A stretch of 58,328 nucleotides of DNA, counting the filler, from Rhizaria sp. SCN 62-66 (taxonomy: Eukaryota), in NCBI GenBank assembly GCA_001724265.1. It is 2 parts of 2 records of this genome, joined end to end, with 100 filler letters (N's around TTAATTAATTAA, not from the genome) between each part and the next. Parts side by side here need not be neighbours in the genome. Positions count along the whole stretch, not along the records: positions 1 to 29,225 come from MEDY01000383.1; 1 more part is not named here. One strand, written 5' to 3'. Positions 11,807 through 22,181 of this stretch are shown piece after piece. How positions within the stretch are numbered: position 1 is the first letter of the stretch; every line of letters begins with the position of its first letter. A model generated the notes under the pieces. That model saw only the letters and a program-made list of their open reading frames with translations, did no database searches and was not told the DNA's origin. The position numbers and the translations under genes are program-made.

Positions 11807-14179
11807 ATGAGCGCTGGGCGTGAGGGCCCGGGTTACAGCTCCGCGTTTGCGCGCGGCAATGCTGGCGTCAATAGCAGCAATCTTCCCCACGGCAGCAACA
11901 GCTCTCTCAGTCCCCGTCTGCGCACTCAGCTCTCGCTCTCAAGCGATCGCGCGAACTCTAGCTCGTCGACGTCGTCGTCGTATGCAGCGGCGGCAGCGTC
12001 GCTGTCGTGGCGGCAGCGAGAGCGCGTCACACTGCCCGCCTCGTTCGCCGTACAACGGCAACAGCTAAAACAGCAGCAGCAGCAGTCATTAAAGCAGCAG
12101 AATGAGCAAGAGCAGGAGCATGAGCGTGTGACACTGCCAACTCCGCCTAGCGCAACGAGTATGCGCGCGCAGATTAGTTGCAGCAACAGCTGCAGCGAAC
12201 GCGATGACGACGAGCAAAAGCAAGAGCAAAGACAGGAGCAGGAGCAGCATTACAGCTGTAGCAACGCCACGACTGACACTGACAACGGAAACACTGACAA
12301 TGGCCGTGAGCGTGAGCGTGAACGTGAGTCGGAGCCTCTGCAGTGCCGCATTTGCCTTTGCCCGGGCACGCCCGCACAGCGAGCGCCCGCTCCCAGCACT
12401 TACACCTACACTTACACTCAGACGCAGACTGAGAGCCAGCAGACGGACAGTCGCAGACACGGTTACAGTCGCAGTCAAGGTCACGCTCCCAGTCAGTCTG
12501 CCAGTAGCGCGGGCCACGGCGCGAGCGACGCTCTGATCGCGCCGTGCCGGTGCGCGGGCTCGCAGCGGTGGGTGCACCGCGCCTGTCTCGACCGCTGGCG
12601 CACGCACAAGTCGACTACTCCACGTAGTGGAGGCAGCGGCGGAGACGGCGATTGGGGCTGGGATTTGTCGCACGGGCTTGCTGGGCTCGGGCTAGGACTA
12701 GGAGGGCTTGGACTTGGGCAACAGCCGCAGCAACAGCGGCAACAGCAGGGGGCTGGGGAGCGGAGGTGGCAGCCGCCGCCGTCGCAACGGCAACGGCGCA
12801 ATCATAACAATAATATCGGCGGTGGCAACTTGGCTGGTGTCGTGTTACCATTTCCGTTTAATATGCTGTTTTCGGGTCTTGGTATTAATCACATGTTTGA
12901 TTCCCTCAACAACGCGAACAACCATGGCAACGATAACAACAATCGCGTCAACGGGAGTGGTTGGAACTACTCTGGAGGTGTCGGTCTCTTTGGCATGCCA
13001 TTTGCGTCTGCTTCATGGAGCTACACTTGGGGCGGCAACAACAACAGCAGCAGCAGTAACAGTAACCGGAGCGCTGCTATTCACAACAACACCAATGTTA
13101 ACATCAGCTCGTATACGAACTCTCGCCCAAACGCAAACTCAGATAGTTCGAGCTCAGGAGCTGCTGCTGCGCAGTCCTAGTCGCAGCCCCAGGCAGAGCC
13201 GCAGCCGGAGCCTGAGCCTGAGTTCCCGCCGGACACTGCGCATTTGTCGCGGGAGTTCTTTTACTGCACAACCTGCGGCCACCGCTACCGCTTTATAGAG
13301 AAGCACTCGAAGTCCGATGACCCCGCCACGACTCTCGCAGCCAGTGGTGATAAAGCCAGTGCCGCTGCTCACGGTCATTCAGCGAACACGCACGCAACAG
13401 CCGCTGCGGCCCAAAGCCAATCCAGTCACGCGGCATCCGCCGCAGTGCGGGGCCAGCCCAGTGCGGGCGCGTGGCTGCTGCTCGCCCTCGACCTCTGCGT
13501 CCCTGCGCTGCTGTTGCTGCTGCTGTGGCGCTGGCTGTACACGCTCTGCGCGGCGCCAAACGGGCCCCCGCTCCCCGCAGCCGCGCTCAGCGCACTGTTC
13601 TATTCACAGTTGCAACCGCAACCACAGCCTCAGCCTCGGCAGTCTTGGTTGCGCGGTGATGCGTCATCATCGCCGTCGTCGTCACTGGCGCGTCGTCCGC
13701 TGGCGCATCCCGCCCTGGTGTCGCTGCAGCTGCTGCTGGCGCTGCTGGGCGCGCTGCACTGGATGTGGCGCCTGCTCGCGTGGCGGCCCCCGGACGCGCT
13801 GGCCCGCTCCGCGCTGTGGCGCCGCGTCCCGCGCCCGCGCGCCGCGCCCCTGGTTGCGCTGCCGCTGGGCGGGCTCTGGGGCGCGCTGGCCAGTCTGCTG
13901 CTGCTCACCGGCGCGCTGGGCGCGGGCGCCGAGGCCGCGCGGGCCGTGCGCTGGCGCGTGGCGGCGAGGCTTGGCCGCACGGACGGCGTTCACGGCGCAG
14001 AGAGCACAGATGGCGCTCAGAGCGTTGAGAGCGCTGGGAGCGCGGATGGCGCTGAGAATGGTGTGCGAGGCAGTGCAACTGCAACTGCAGCAGCAGCGGC
14101 AGGAGCTGGAGTTGAAGTGCGTGGGAAAATGGCAGATGCAGAGAGGTTTCCTGTGGAAGATATGAGTTGTCTGCTCTGA
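11807..14179 (+). CDS. RING-CH (RINGv/MARCH-type) membrane E3 ubiquitin ligase, interrupted by one in-frame TAG at 13178-13180
   Basis: ORFs 11807-13180 and 13244-14179 share a frame. The first carries CRIC...LIAPCRCAGSQRWVHRACLDRWR; the second supplies the last ligand pair FYCTTCGHRYRF followed by about three hydrophobic segments. Could be a pseudogene, a base error or readthrough. Confidence 0.75.
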
Positions 14180-14766
14180 TCACCTCTGCAAGGAAATTTG
14201 CTCAATATCGAACAAGTTCGCTTCAAGTCTCAGTCACATGACTCTTAGTCGTTGAGCGCGATATCTACATGTGACAAAGACTTTTTTGAAACGCAACTAC
14301 CTAATATTCTGTTAATAAAAAAACTTGTTGTTGATATTGTAATGATTTTCTCTTCATTTTGGTGAAGATATCCCTGTGAATGTTGTTCTGACTTGAAGGG
14401 ATGCTGTTGGGGTTCCGAAAAAATCGGGCGAGGTTGTTGGAAACGACTCAGTTCGGTTGGTCGGTCAAAAACTGTCTGTGTGCATCCAGACAGTCGTTGG
14501 CAAGTCTTTTCCTTCTATTGTGTCATATATTTTTTTGTAAACTCGTCTTTGCATATTTTACAGCTTTAGAGCTATCGCGCCTCGCCTCCGGCTGGGCGTT
14601 GCCTACAGGCAGTAACGGCTCTTGGCCCAGTCACTCCAACTGCCCCCTCATTCATTCTCCAGAGCCCCAGCACGCGCCCCATCTTGACTCCCACTCACCT
14701 AACCTTATGTACCTGTCCACGTTCTGTTTCTTTTGTTGGCTTTCGCCCGCCCACTGCGCAGACGCG

Positions 14767-17700
14767 ATGCGCATCTTTCTGATCGATGTGTCATCGTACC
14801 TCGGCAAGGCCCTCAAAGCGGTCTTCACCGCCAACCAGCACGAGGTCGTCTCTCCCGCCTCCGTACGTCTCCTACCAGCTCAGAAACCTCGATTAACATA
14901 GAATATTGGAAAATTTTATGAAGATACCCGCGCTGTCTCGCTCCAACATGCTCCTGGCCGCTCTCTACTCTCACCCTTCGCTCTTTCTCTTTCTTTGCTT
15001 GCTCTCTCTGTACCTTATCTCTCTGCGTCCTACAGTGGGACAAGACCGAGCTGACGGAGCTGTTGTCGACGTCCGAAGCCATCATCCTCGACTTGGTCAA
15101 CTGCCCCGAGCAGTCGCACGCGATCATCACCCAGCTCAAACACGCCGCCGCCGAGGCCGAGGCCAACGACGGCTTCGCGGCCCCCATGGACCAGCTCCTC
15201 ATCGGCGTCTCCACCGTCCTCACCTGGGGCCGCACCTCCTCCAAGCCGGGTGGCAAGACCCCCGTGTTTAACGAGACGCAGTACAAGCGCCGCAAGTGTT
15301 CCCCGCGCTTCCGCGGCGTGCGCCAGCTCGAGACGCTGGTGCTCGCCGCGCAGCGCGAGAGCCTGTTCTCGTATGTCGTCGCGCCCGGCGTGCTCTACGG
15401 CAACGGCGAGTCCGCCTTCCACTTGCTTTTCCGCGACGCCTGGCTCTGCAACAAGGCCAACAAGGCAGGCGCGAACGCTGTGGCGAACCCCGAGAACGGC
15501 AACGCCAACGGCAAGACGGGCAGCGGTTTGATGATTCTGGGTGAAGGCAACAACGTGATCCCGACAATCCACGTCTCCGATCTCGCCGAGGCTGTGCTGC
15601 AGCTGCTCTACTCGCCGCCCACGCACACACAATACGTCGTCGCTGTCGACGGCTCCCGCGCCACGCAGCGCCAGATCGTGCGTGCCATCGCCCACCACCT
15701 CGGCCTCGGCGCCGGGGCCGCGGTGACCGTGAGCAAGGACGACCCGCGGCTCGTGCAGGCGCTCCTCGAGCTCGACCCCGCCTCCGCCGCCGCCGCCGAC
15801 AGCAACAACAGCAACAACGCGGACGGCAACAACGACGACGGCGCTGGCGGTGCCGCTGGTGACGCCGACGGCACGAACGCCGCCGCCGCCGCCGCGACGG
15901 GCGCTGCCCCGCTGGTGGCCCCGTCCGACACGGCGACCGCGGGCGTCGGCTCCGGCGACCCCGAGGTTCTCCTGCTGAACCTGGCCTTCCAGACGCAGTC
16001 GTGCACGCTTGCGCAGCTGCCGCTGCAGTGGCGTTGCCTCGACGGGCTGCCCGCGGCGCTGCCCGCTGTGCACAAGGAGTTCCTCGCGGCCCGCAAGCTG
16101 CGGCCCGTGCGCGTGCACATCGCCGGCGGGCCCGGCTCGGGCAAGTCGCTCTACGCGACGCGCATCGCCAACGGACTGCGTCTGCCGCATGTGACCGTCG
16201 CGCAGTGCCTCGAGGACGCCGCGGCCAGTAAGACGCAGCTCGGCGACGCCATCCGCCGCTTCTTCGCAGAGGCCGGCGCACAGAGCGCCGCCGCCGCGGG
16301 GGGACGCTTCGGCGCCGGCTCCGCCTCGGTCTCCGCCGCCGCCGCCGCCGCCGCCGCCAAGCGCGGGTCTGCCGTGGGCGGTGGCGCTGCGGGCAGCGGC
16401 AACAGCGCCGTGGCCGCGGGCGTCGCCGGCGGCGCGCGCAAGCCGGGCGCGCCGCTCTCGGTCTCGGCCGTGGCTGCCGCCGCGGGCGTTGGCGCCGGCA
16501 CCGCGGGCGCGGGCAAGGCCGGCAAGCCCGGCGTGCTGGGCGGCCGCGCGGGCGCCGGGGCCGCGGGCGCCGCGGCGGGCTCCGCTGAGGACACGTATCT
16601 CGGCCTGCGGCTGCCGGCCAAGCTGGTCTGCGAGGCCGTGCGGCGCCGGCTGCGGTCCCCGGAGTGCCGCAACAAGGGCTTTGTGCTCGACGGGTTCCCG
16701 CGCACGGCCGAGGAGGCGAAGCTGTTGTGGCGCCAGCGCGCGCGCGTGTTCGCCGAGAGCGAGGACGGCGACGACGGCGGCGGCGTGGACCCCCACGGCG
16801 ACGACGGGCAGGGCGGCGCGTCGGCATTTGCGGGCGAGGACGCCGGCGAAGGTGCGGGCGTGACGCTCGACGCCGAGGGCAACGTTGTCGAGCGCGAGGA
16901 CATCACGTGGCTGCAGGACGACGACGAGGACGACGACGGCGACGAAGAGGGTGAGAACGGCCACCCCGACGGCGGCGACGAAGAGGAGGACGACGACGAC
17001 GAGGAGACCATCGAGCGTCTGCGCATGCTCGAGATCCTGCAGGCTGAGATCGAGGCCGAAGAAGAGGAGGCCGCCTTCGCCGACAACAGCACGGGCGCCG
17101 GAGCCGACGGCGACGACTCGGGCGCGCCCAAGCCCGTTGCGGCCCGCGCCTCGGGCGCCGCGCGGCTGCGCCGGCTGGGCGGCCCGCTGCTGCGCCGCTC
17201 GCGCCGCCTCGACCCGGCCACACGCGTCGACCTGTGCATCTTCCTGCACGTGACCGAGGCCGAGGCCGCGCGCCGCCTGCGCGAGCTGCCGCAGCGCGAC
17301 GTCATCGAGCGCCACAACGACCAGGAGGGCTTCCGTCGCCGCTGGGCGCGCTGGACACTGCAGCAGGGCGCGCTGGGCGTCGCCTCCACGCTCGCCGCGC
17401 GCGCGCTCAACAACAACGGCTCCGTCGCCGGCGGCGCGGCCGCGCAGCAGGGCGGCGCGCAGCAGCAGGGCTCCATTTATGACTGGGTCGACGTCGACGT
17501 GCTCGAGGTCGGCCAAGACGTCGCCGCCGACGTGTCCCGCGCGCTGGGCGTGATCCAGGCGTACGTCACGCGCTTGGGCAAGCCGTTCAACTACTTCCCG
17601 GCGCCCGAGGATGTCGCGGCCGCGCGCGCCGAGCGCGACGCCGCCGCGCGCGCCGCGGCGCAGCGTGCGCAGGCCGCGCGCATCGCCAAGGCGCGCGCCG

Positions 17701-17957
17701 AGGCGGCCGAGCGCGCGCGCAGGGAGGCGCACGACGCGCAGATGCGCCAGACCGTGCTGGAGCAGGACCGCAAGCTCGTTGAGGCGTGCTCGCTGCCGCT
17801 GCGCCAGTACTTGGTCACGCATGTCGTGCCCGCTGTGGTCGATGGACTGCTGGATGTGTGCAAGACGCAGCCGCAGGATCCCGTGGACCACCTGGCCGAG
17901 TACCTGTTCAAGATTGCGGTCAACGGCAGCACTTTCACTGTTGACGACCAGGCGTGA
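14767..17957 (+). CDS. AK7: Adenylate kinase 7-like (axonemal): N-terminal Rossmann-like domain, ADK domain, C-terminal Dpy-30 motif; exons 14767-14862, 15036-17957
   Basis: MRIFLIDVSSYLGKAL, LIGVSTVLTWGRT, YVVAPGVLYGNGE, GEGNNVIPTIHVSDLA, P-loop GGPGSGKS, CRNKGFVLDGFPRT, Dpy-30 PLRQYLVTHVVPAVVDGLLDVCKTQPQDPVDHLAEYLF. Phase-0 intron. Stop TGA. Confidence 0.92.
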
Positions 17958-18477
17958 AGTGTGAAGTGTGCGCTTGTCAGCGAACGAAACGTACTAGTCG
18001 GGCCAAGCAGGATAGGCAGTAGTTGTGTGTTTGATATACATTTCTAACGATGATGTGTGCGTACATAGACTACGGGCATATATGTGCAGATACGTAGAGT
18101 AAATAATAAACAACTTTATATACTTTGTAACTTCAGCTAAGTCTATTCAGTGCGTGGTCTGCGTCGTTTTGTGGAATGTAGCCGTTGCGAGTGCGGCTGC
18201 TTTGTATCTCGCAGTTGCGCTGCGGCGCCCGAGAAGGGCAATCAAACAGGGTTCTGCGTTCGATATTAGATCGATAACTACGAGTGATATTCTGCTTCTG
18301 TAAAATCAAAGTCTGTTTTTTATTTATGCCCTTACTTGTTTGTCAAGAAACGTGTATATGTATCTCACAATTCACTTCCTCTTGCCTCGCTACTTCAACC
18401 CAAATTTCCCTCCAGTCCTTGCTTTCCATCTGCTCCTGTAACACTGCGATCTGAGCTTCTGAGCCGCTCACGGATAG

Positions 18478-21400
18478 ATGTCCTCTTCCGTCGCGAAGCC
18501 ATCGCCCGCCTCCCAGCAGCCCGGCTTTAGCACCGCTCATCCTTCTTCACAATCACCCTCAGCAGCAGCAACTGGAGCGAACAACGCGACCGCAGCTAAC
18601 ACAAGCACTCTGTCCACGCCTGCAGCACCCGTGGGATCCCTCGCGCGTCACGGCCACGACTTCCTGGCCTTACTGCGCGAGTCCTTCCAGCCCGCGAGCG
18701 CGGCGTCGCTGCTCTCCGCGCGCGCGCGCGAGCGGCGGCAGCTGGCGGCCTTCTTCGGCGTCACGCTGCGCCGCGGCCGCAGCGGCTGCGTCTACGTCAC
18801 CGGCGCGCCCGGTACCGGCAAGACCATGCTTGTGGCGGCCGCGCTGGAGGAAAACCGCCTTGCGTTTGGCATGGGAGCCTTTCCGGGGCACGTGCTGCCG
18901 CAAAAGGTCGCCGTGAATGACAACATCACCACCACAACAGAGTCGGACTCCTCGAGTCGCAGCAATGACGCTGACCGTAACGCTGCTGTCGCCCCAAGTG
19001 TTAAGCGCTCTGCCCGCTCAGCCTCAAGCGCTAGAAACAGTGCGTCACAGTCGCACTCGTTGCGCTCACGGTCCTCACTCAGCTCGCAGTCTTATGGTTC
19101 AGAGATGCCTGCTTTTTCTCTCGTCTGGCTGAACGCTATGTCCATCGCTGACCGCACTGTCCGGCTCGAAGCCGTGCTCTCCGCTGACGCGCGCGCTGCG
19201 GCCGCGGCGGCTGCGGCCAGTGCTGCCAGGCTTGCGGCGGGCGGCGGGCCGGCCGTGGCTCTGAACAGTAGAAACAGCAATTACTACGGCGGTCACAGCA
19301 AGAGTAAGGTGGGGCGTCCGAAGCGTCGGCACCAGTCAGACTCGGAAGACTCTGATGACGATGACGACTTTCACGACAACGATGGCGCTGACAGTGACGA
19401 CGACGACCTGTACACAACCACAAAACAAGCCAAGACTAAGACTCAGGCTGTGGCCAACAGCGAGCCAGAGAATGAGAATGGGAACGAGACTGCGACAACG
19501 ACTGAAACCGCAGTGACTGAAACTGCAGTGACTGAGACTGCGAGCAATGCTGCTGTACAGAGTGGTGGGGACAACGAGTCCCTCACGATGCGCGCCCGTA
19601 TCAAGGCCGCACAGCAGAAACAGCAACAACAAACCAACAACAGCAGCCTCGCCGTCGACAGCGACAGCGACTACAGCGACGACGTTAACGACGACGACAC
19701 TGACAATGATGATAACAATCACGCTCTCGGACGCACCCGCCGCCGCCAAGACCGCGACGACGACGGCCAGCACACCTACGCAGCCGTCACCGCGGCGGGC
19801 CTCGCCGATGCGCAGGACCGGCGTTACGCTCTGCGCTGCCGGCGCCCGATGACCGTGCTCGTGATCGACGAAGTCGACCAGCTGCTGCTGCGGTCCAAGG
19901 CCGCACTCATGCGCGTGTTCCAGGCCCCGCGGCGCGCGTTCTCCTCACTCGTCATCGTCGCCATTGCCAACAAGGTCACGCTGACGCTGGACGACACGTT
20001 GCCCGTGCTGATGCAGGCTGGACTGGCACCGCCCACGGTCGTTTTTGCACCCTACGAGAGGGAGTGTCTGATCGAGATCTGCAAGTACCGAGTTGCCGCC
20101 GCGGTCACCGCTATGGCGAAACAGCTGCGCAGCGACGCAACGGCGCTCGGCTACACTGAAAGCGCTTCAACGAAGGCCACAACCAAGGCTAGGGCGACTC
20201 GGCAGTCCGCCAAGACAAAGGGCAAAATGCCAGCAAGTCGCCGCAACAGCAGCCGCAGCTACAACAACAACGGAGACTCCGACTCTGACGGGTCTGACTC
20301 TGATAGTGACGACAACGGCGAAACCGCGGCGGCGGCGTTGTCCCGCGCGTGCCGCCACGCGCCAGCCCTGGCCTTTTCCCCCGACGGACTCACGCTGATG
20401 GCCATGTTCGTTGCCAAGGAGTCCGGCGACGCGCGTCTCTTCCTCGCACACTGCACCGACGCGCTCACCGACGCGGGTGCATTCGCCGCGGCTGCCGCGT
20501 GCCCGCACGCGCGCGCCGTCAAACGCGTCGTGGCCGCGCACGCCGCGCTGCGCCGCGTCCGCGCCGCCGAAGCGCACGGCTACACCGTCTGCGCTCGCAG
20601 TAGCGCGCTGTACAACGACGACGATGGCGCGGCGGCGTTCGCGGTGCGGCGGCGCGAGAGCCCCCAGGAGCGGGCCGCGGCCGTCGCCACCGCGCGCGCC
20701 ACCCTGGCGGCCGCGGCGGAGGCGCGGCACGGCGTCGAGTGCTCCTGCGTGGCCGGGACTCTGTACGGCGCGCTGCTGGCCGTGTACTGCTCGGCTGCGT
20801 TTGGCACCGGACACGACGAGGCCATAGCAAAGCAGGGCGGCGCTGCGAAGCTCGCTCTCGTCGCTATGGCGCAGTCCACCGCCGGCAGTGGCAGTGCCGC
20901 TGCTGCTGTGGAAAGCACTGTGAAGCCGACTACTGCTGCGGCTGGGACTGTGCTGCCGGTGGTGTCATACCGGCAGGCGTCGCAGGTGGTGACGCGGCTC
21001 AAGGGCGACAAGAGCGTGGTGCGTTTAGTGGCGAACCTGCCGCGTGCGCAGCTGCTGCTGCTGCTCGTGCTCACCATGGCCCAGCGCTTCCACGTTGACG
21101 GCGTCGTGGGGGAGTTCACCACGATTGCGGTCTTTGCCAAGAAGTGTGCAGGGATCATGAAGGGGCTCGGCATGCCCGATATGACTGCAGTTGCCGTCGA
21201 CGAGACGCTTGAACTGCTCAGGGTACGGACAAAACAATGACAAGGTATCTTAACGCTTTATCTTGTTATTGAAGCATTACTCTCACTCTTTATTCTTATA
21301 TATTTTGCTTTTTTCTCGTTTTATACAGTGTTCTGGCTCAGTGGACGTGCTCCGCGGCACTGGGCCCGGTGGCAAGCGCTCTGCAGCCGCTGTAGCAGCG

Positions 21401-21589
21401 GCGCGCGCGCGTACCAGCGCGGGCGGCGCGCTCGCGTCGGCGGCCAATGACCTCAAGGTCACACTTAACGTGAGTCTTGACGACGTGCTCGACTATCTGG
21501 ACGATGCCGTTACGTTCTCGGAGATCGTCAAGAAGGTTCGCGCCCTTGTCGATGCCGCCGGACGAGCCGAGGCCGCAGCAGCGACTTGA
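18478..21589 (+). CDS. CDC6: Cell division control protein 6 (Cdc6/Orc1 AAA+ family); exons 18478-21222, 21329-21589
   Basis: Walker A VYVTGAPGTGKT, Walker B VLVIDEVDQL, sensor I LVIVAIAN, VFAPYERECLIEI, sensor II SGDARLFL, winged-helix-like C-terminus. Phase-0 GT-AG intron at 21223-21328. Stop TGA. Confidence 0.82.
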
Positions 21590-22181
21590 AGCGTCAACTG
21601 TTGCACCTCAAACTCATGGCGCATATGCGCGCTTGTCGAAATAATATTTATGTAAATTTGTTACACTAGTCTTACTGATAAATAACTCAAGCAATAAAAT
21701 AACACCTAACTTTCTATACCCCGAGTCCTGCAGTGATGTTTCATTTTCGGCGCAGTGACCGTTGACCGGACCGCGAGCGATACCAACGGCCAGCGACAAG
21801 ATCCGCCCAACGGCTAGTTCGTTGGCACCGTTTTGTGATCGCAGTCAAATCTTTATTCCGGCGTAACTCAACGTTGATCTCGGATGCTACCGTATATTAA
21901 AGAGTGTATATAAAATTTTATATCAAGATATTGTATTTGATTCACCTAACATGCCTGCTTTCCCCGAGGAAACCGTAGCGGAGAATCGGCCGACGCCACT
22001 GGCGTTATCGCGTGTGCCACCTTCTCTATAGCACATCGGTTTCATCACTATAACCATATTCTTTTGGCAAATAATCTTTTGTTTTTTGACAAAACACATC
22101 TCATTTTCAATATTCTTGACTTTCTCTGCTACTCCCCTTTGTTTGTGTGCTATACTACAACGTAGCGCGCCTATCCGCAAG

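Noticed and set aside
13111-13180. Small intron ending at the TAG (gtatac...cctag) that would remove the internal stop
   Set aside because: That donor is phase 2 while the acceptor is phase 0, there is no pyrimidine tract, and the sequence reads as coding. Not fully excluded without RNA data.
15030-17891. Long antisense and alternative-frame ORFs (for example 953 aa at 15030-17891, 759 aa at 48360-50639, 686 aa at 50581-52641)
   Set aside because: Shadow ORFs caused by very high GC and codon bias of the real genes; no recognisable motifs.
21951-22165. Upstream coding exon for the kinesin (MPAFPEETVAENRPTPL)
   Set aside because: The only in-phase donor (gttatc) is far from the local consensus, so the start is left at 22182.
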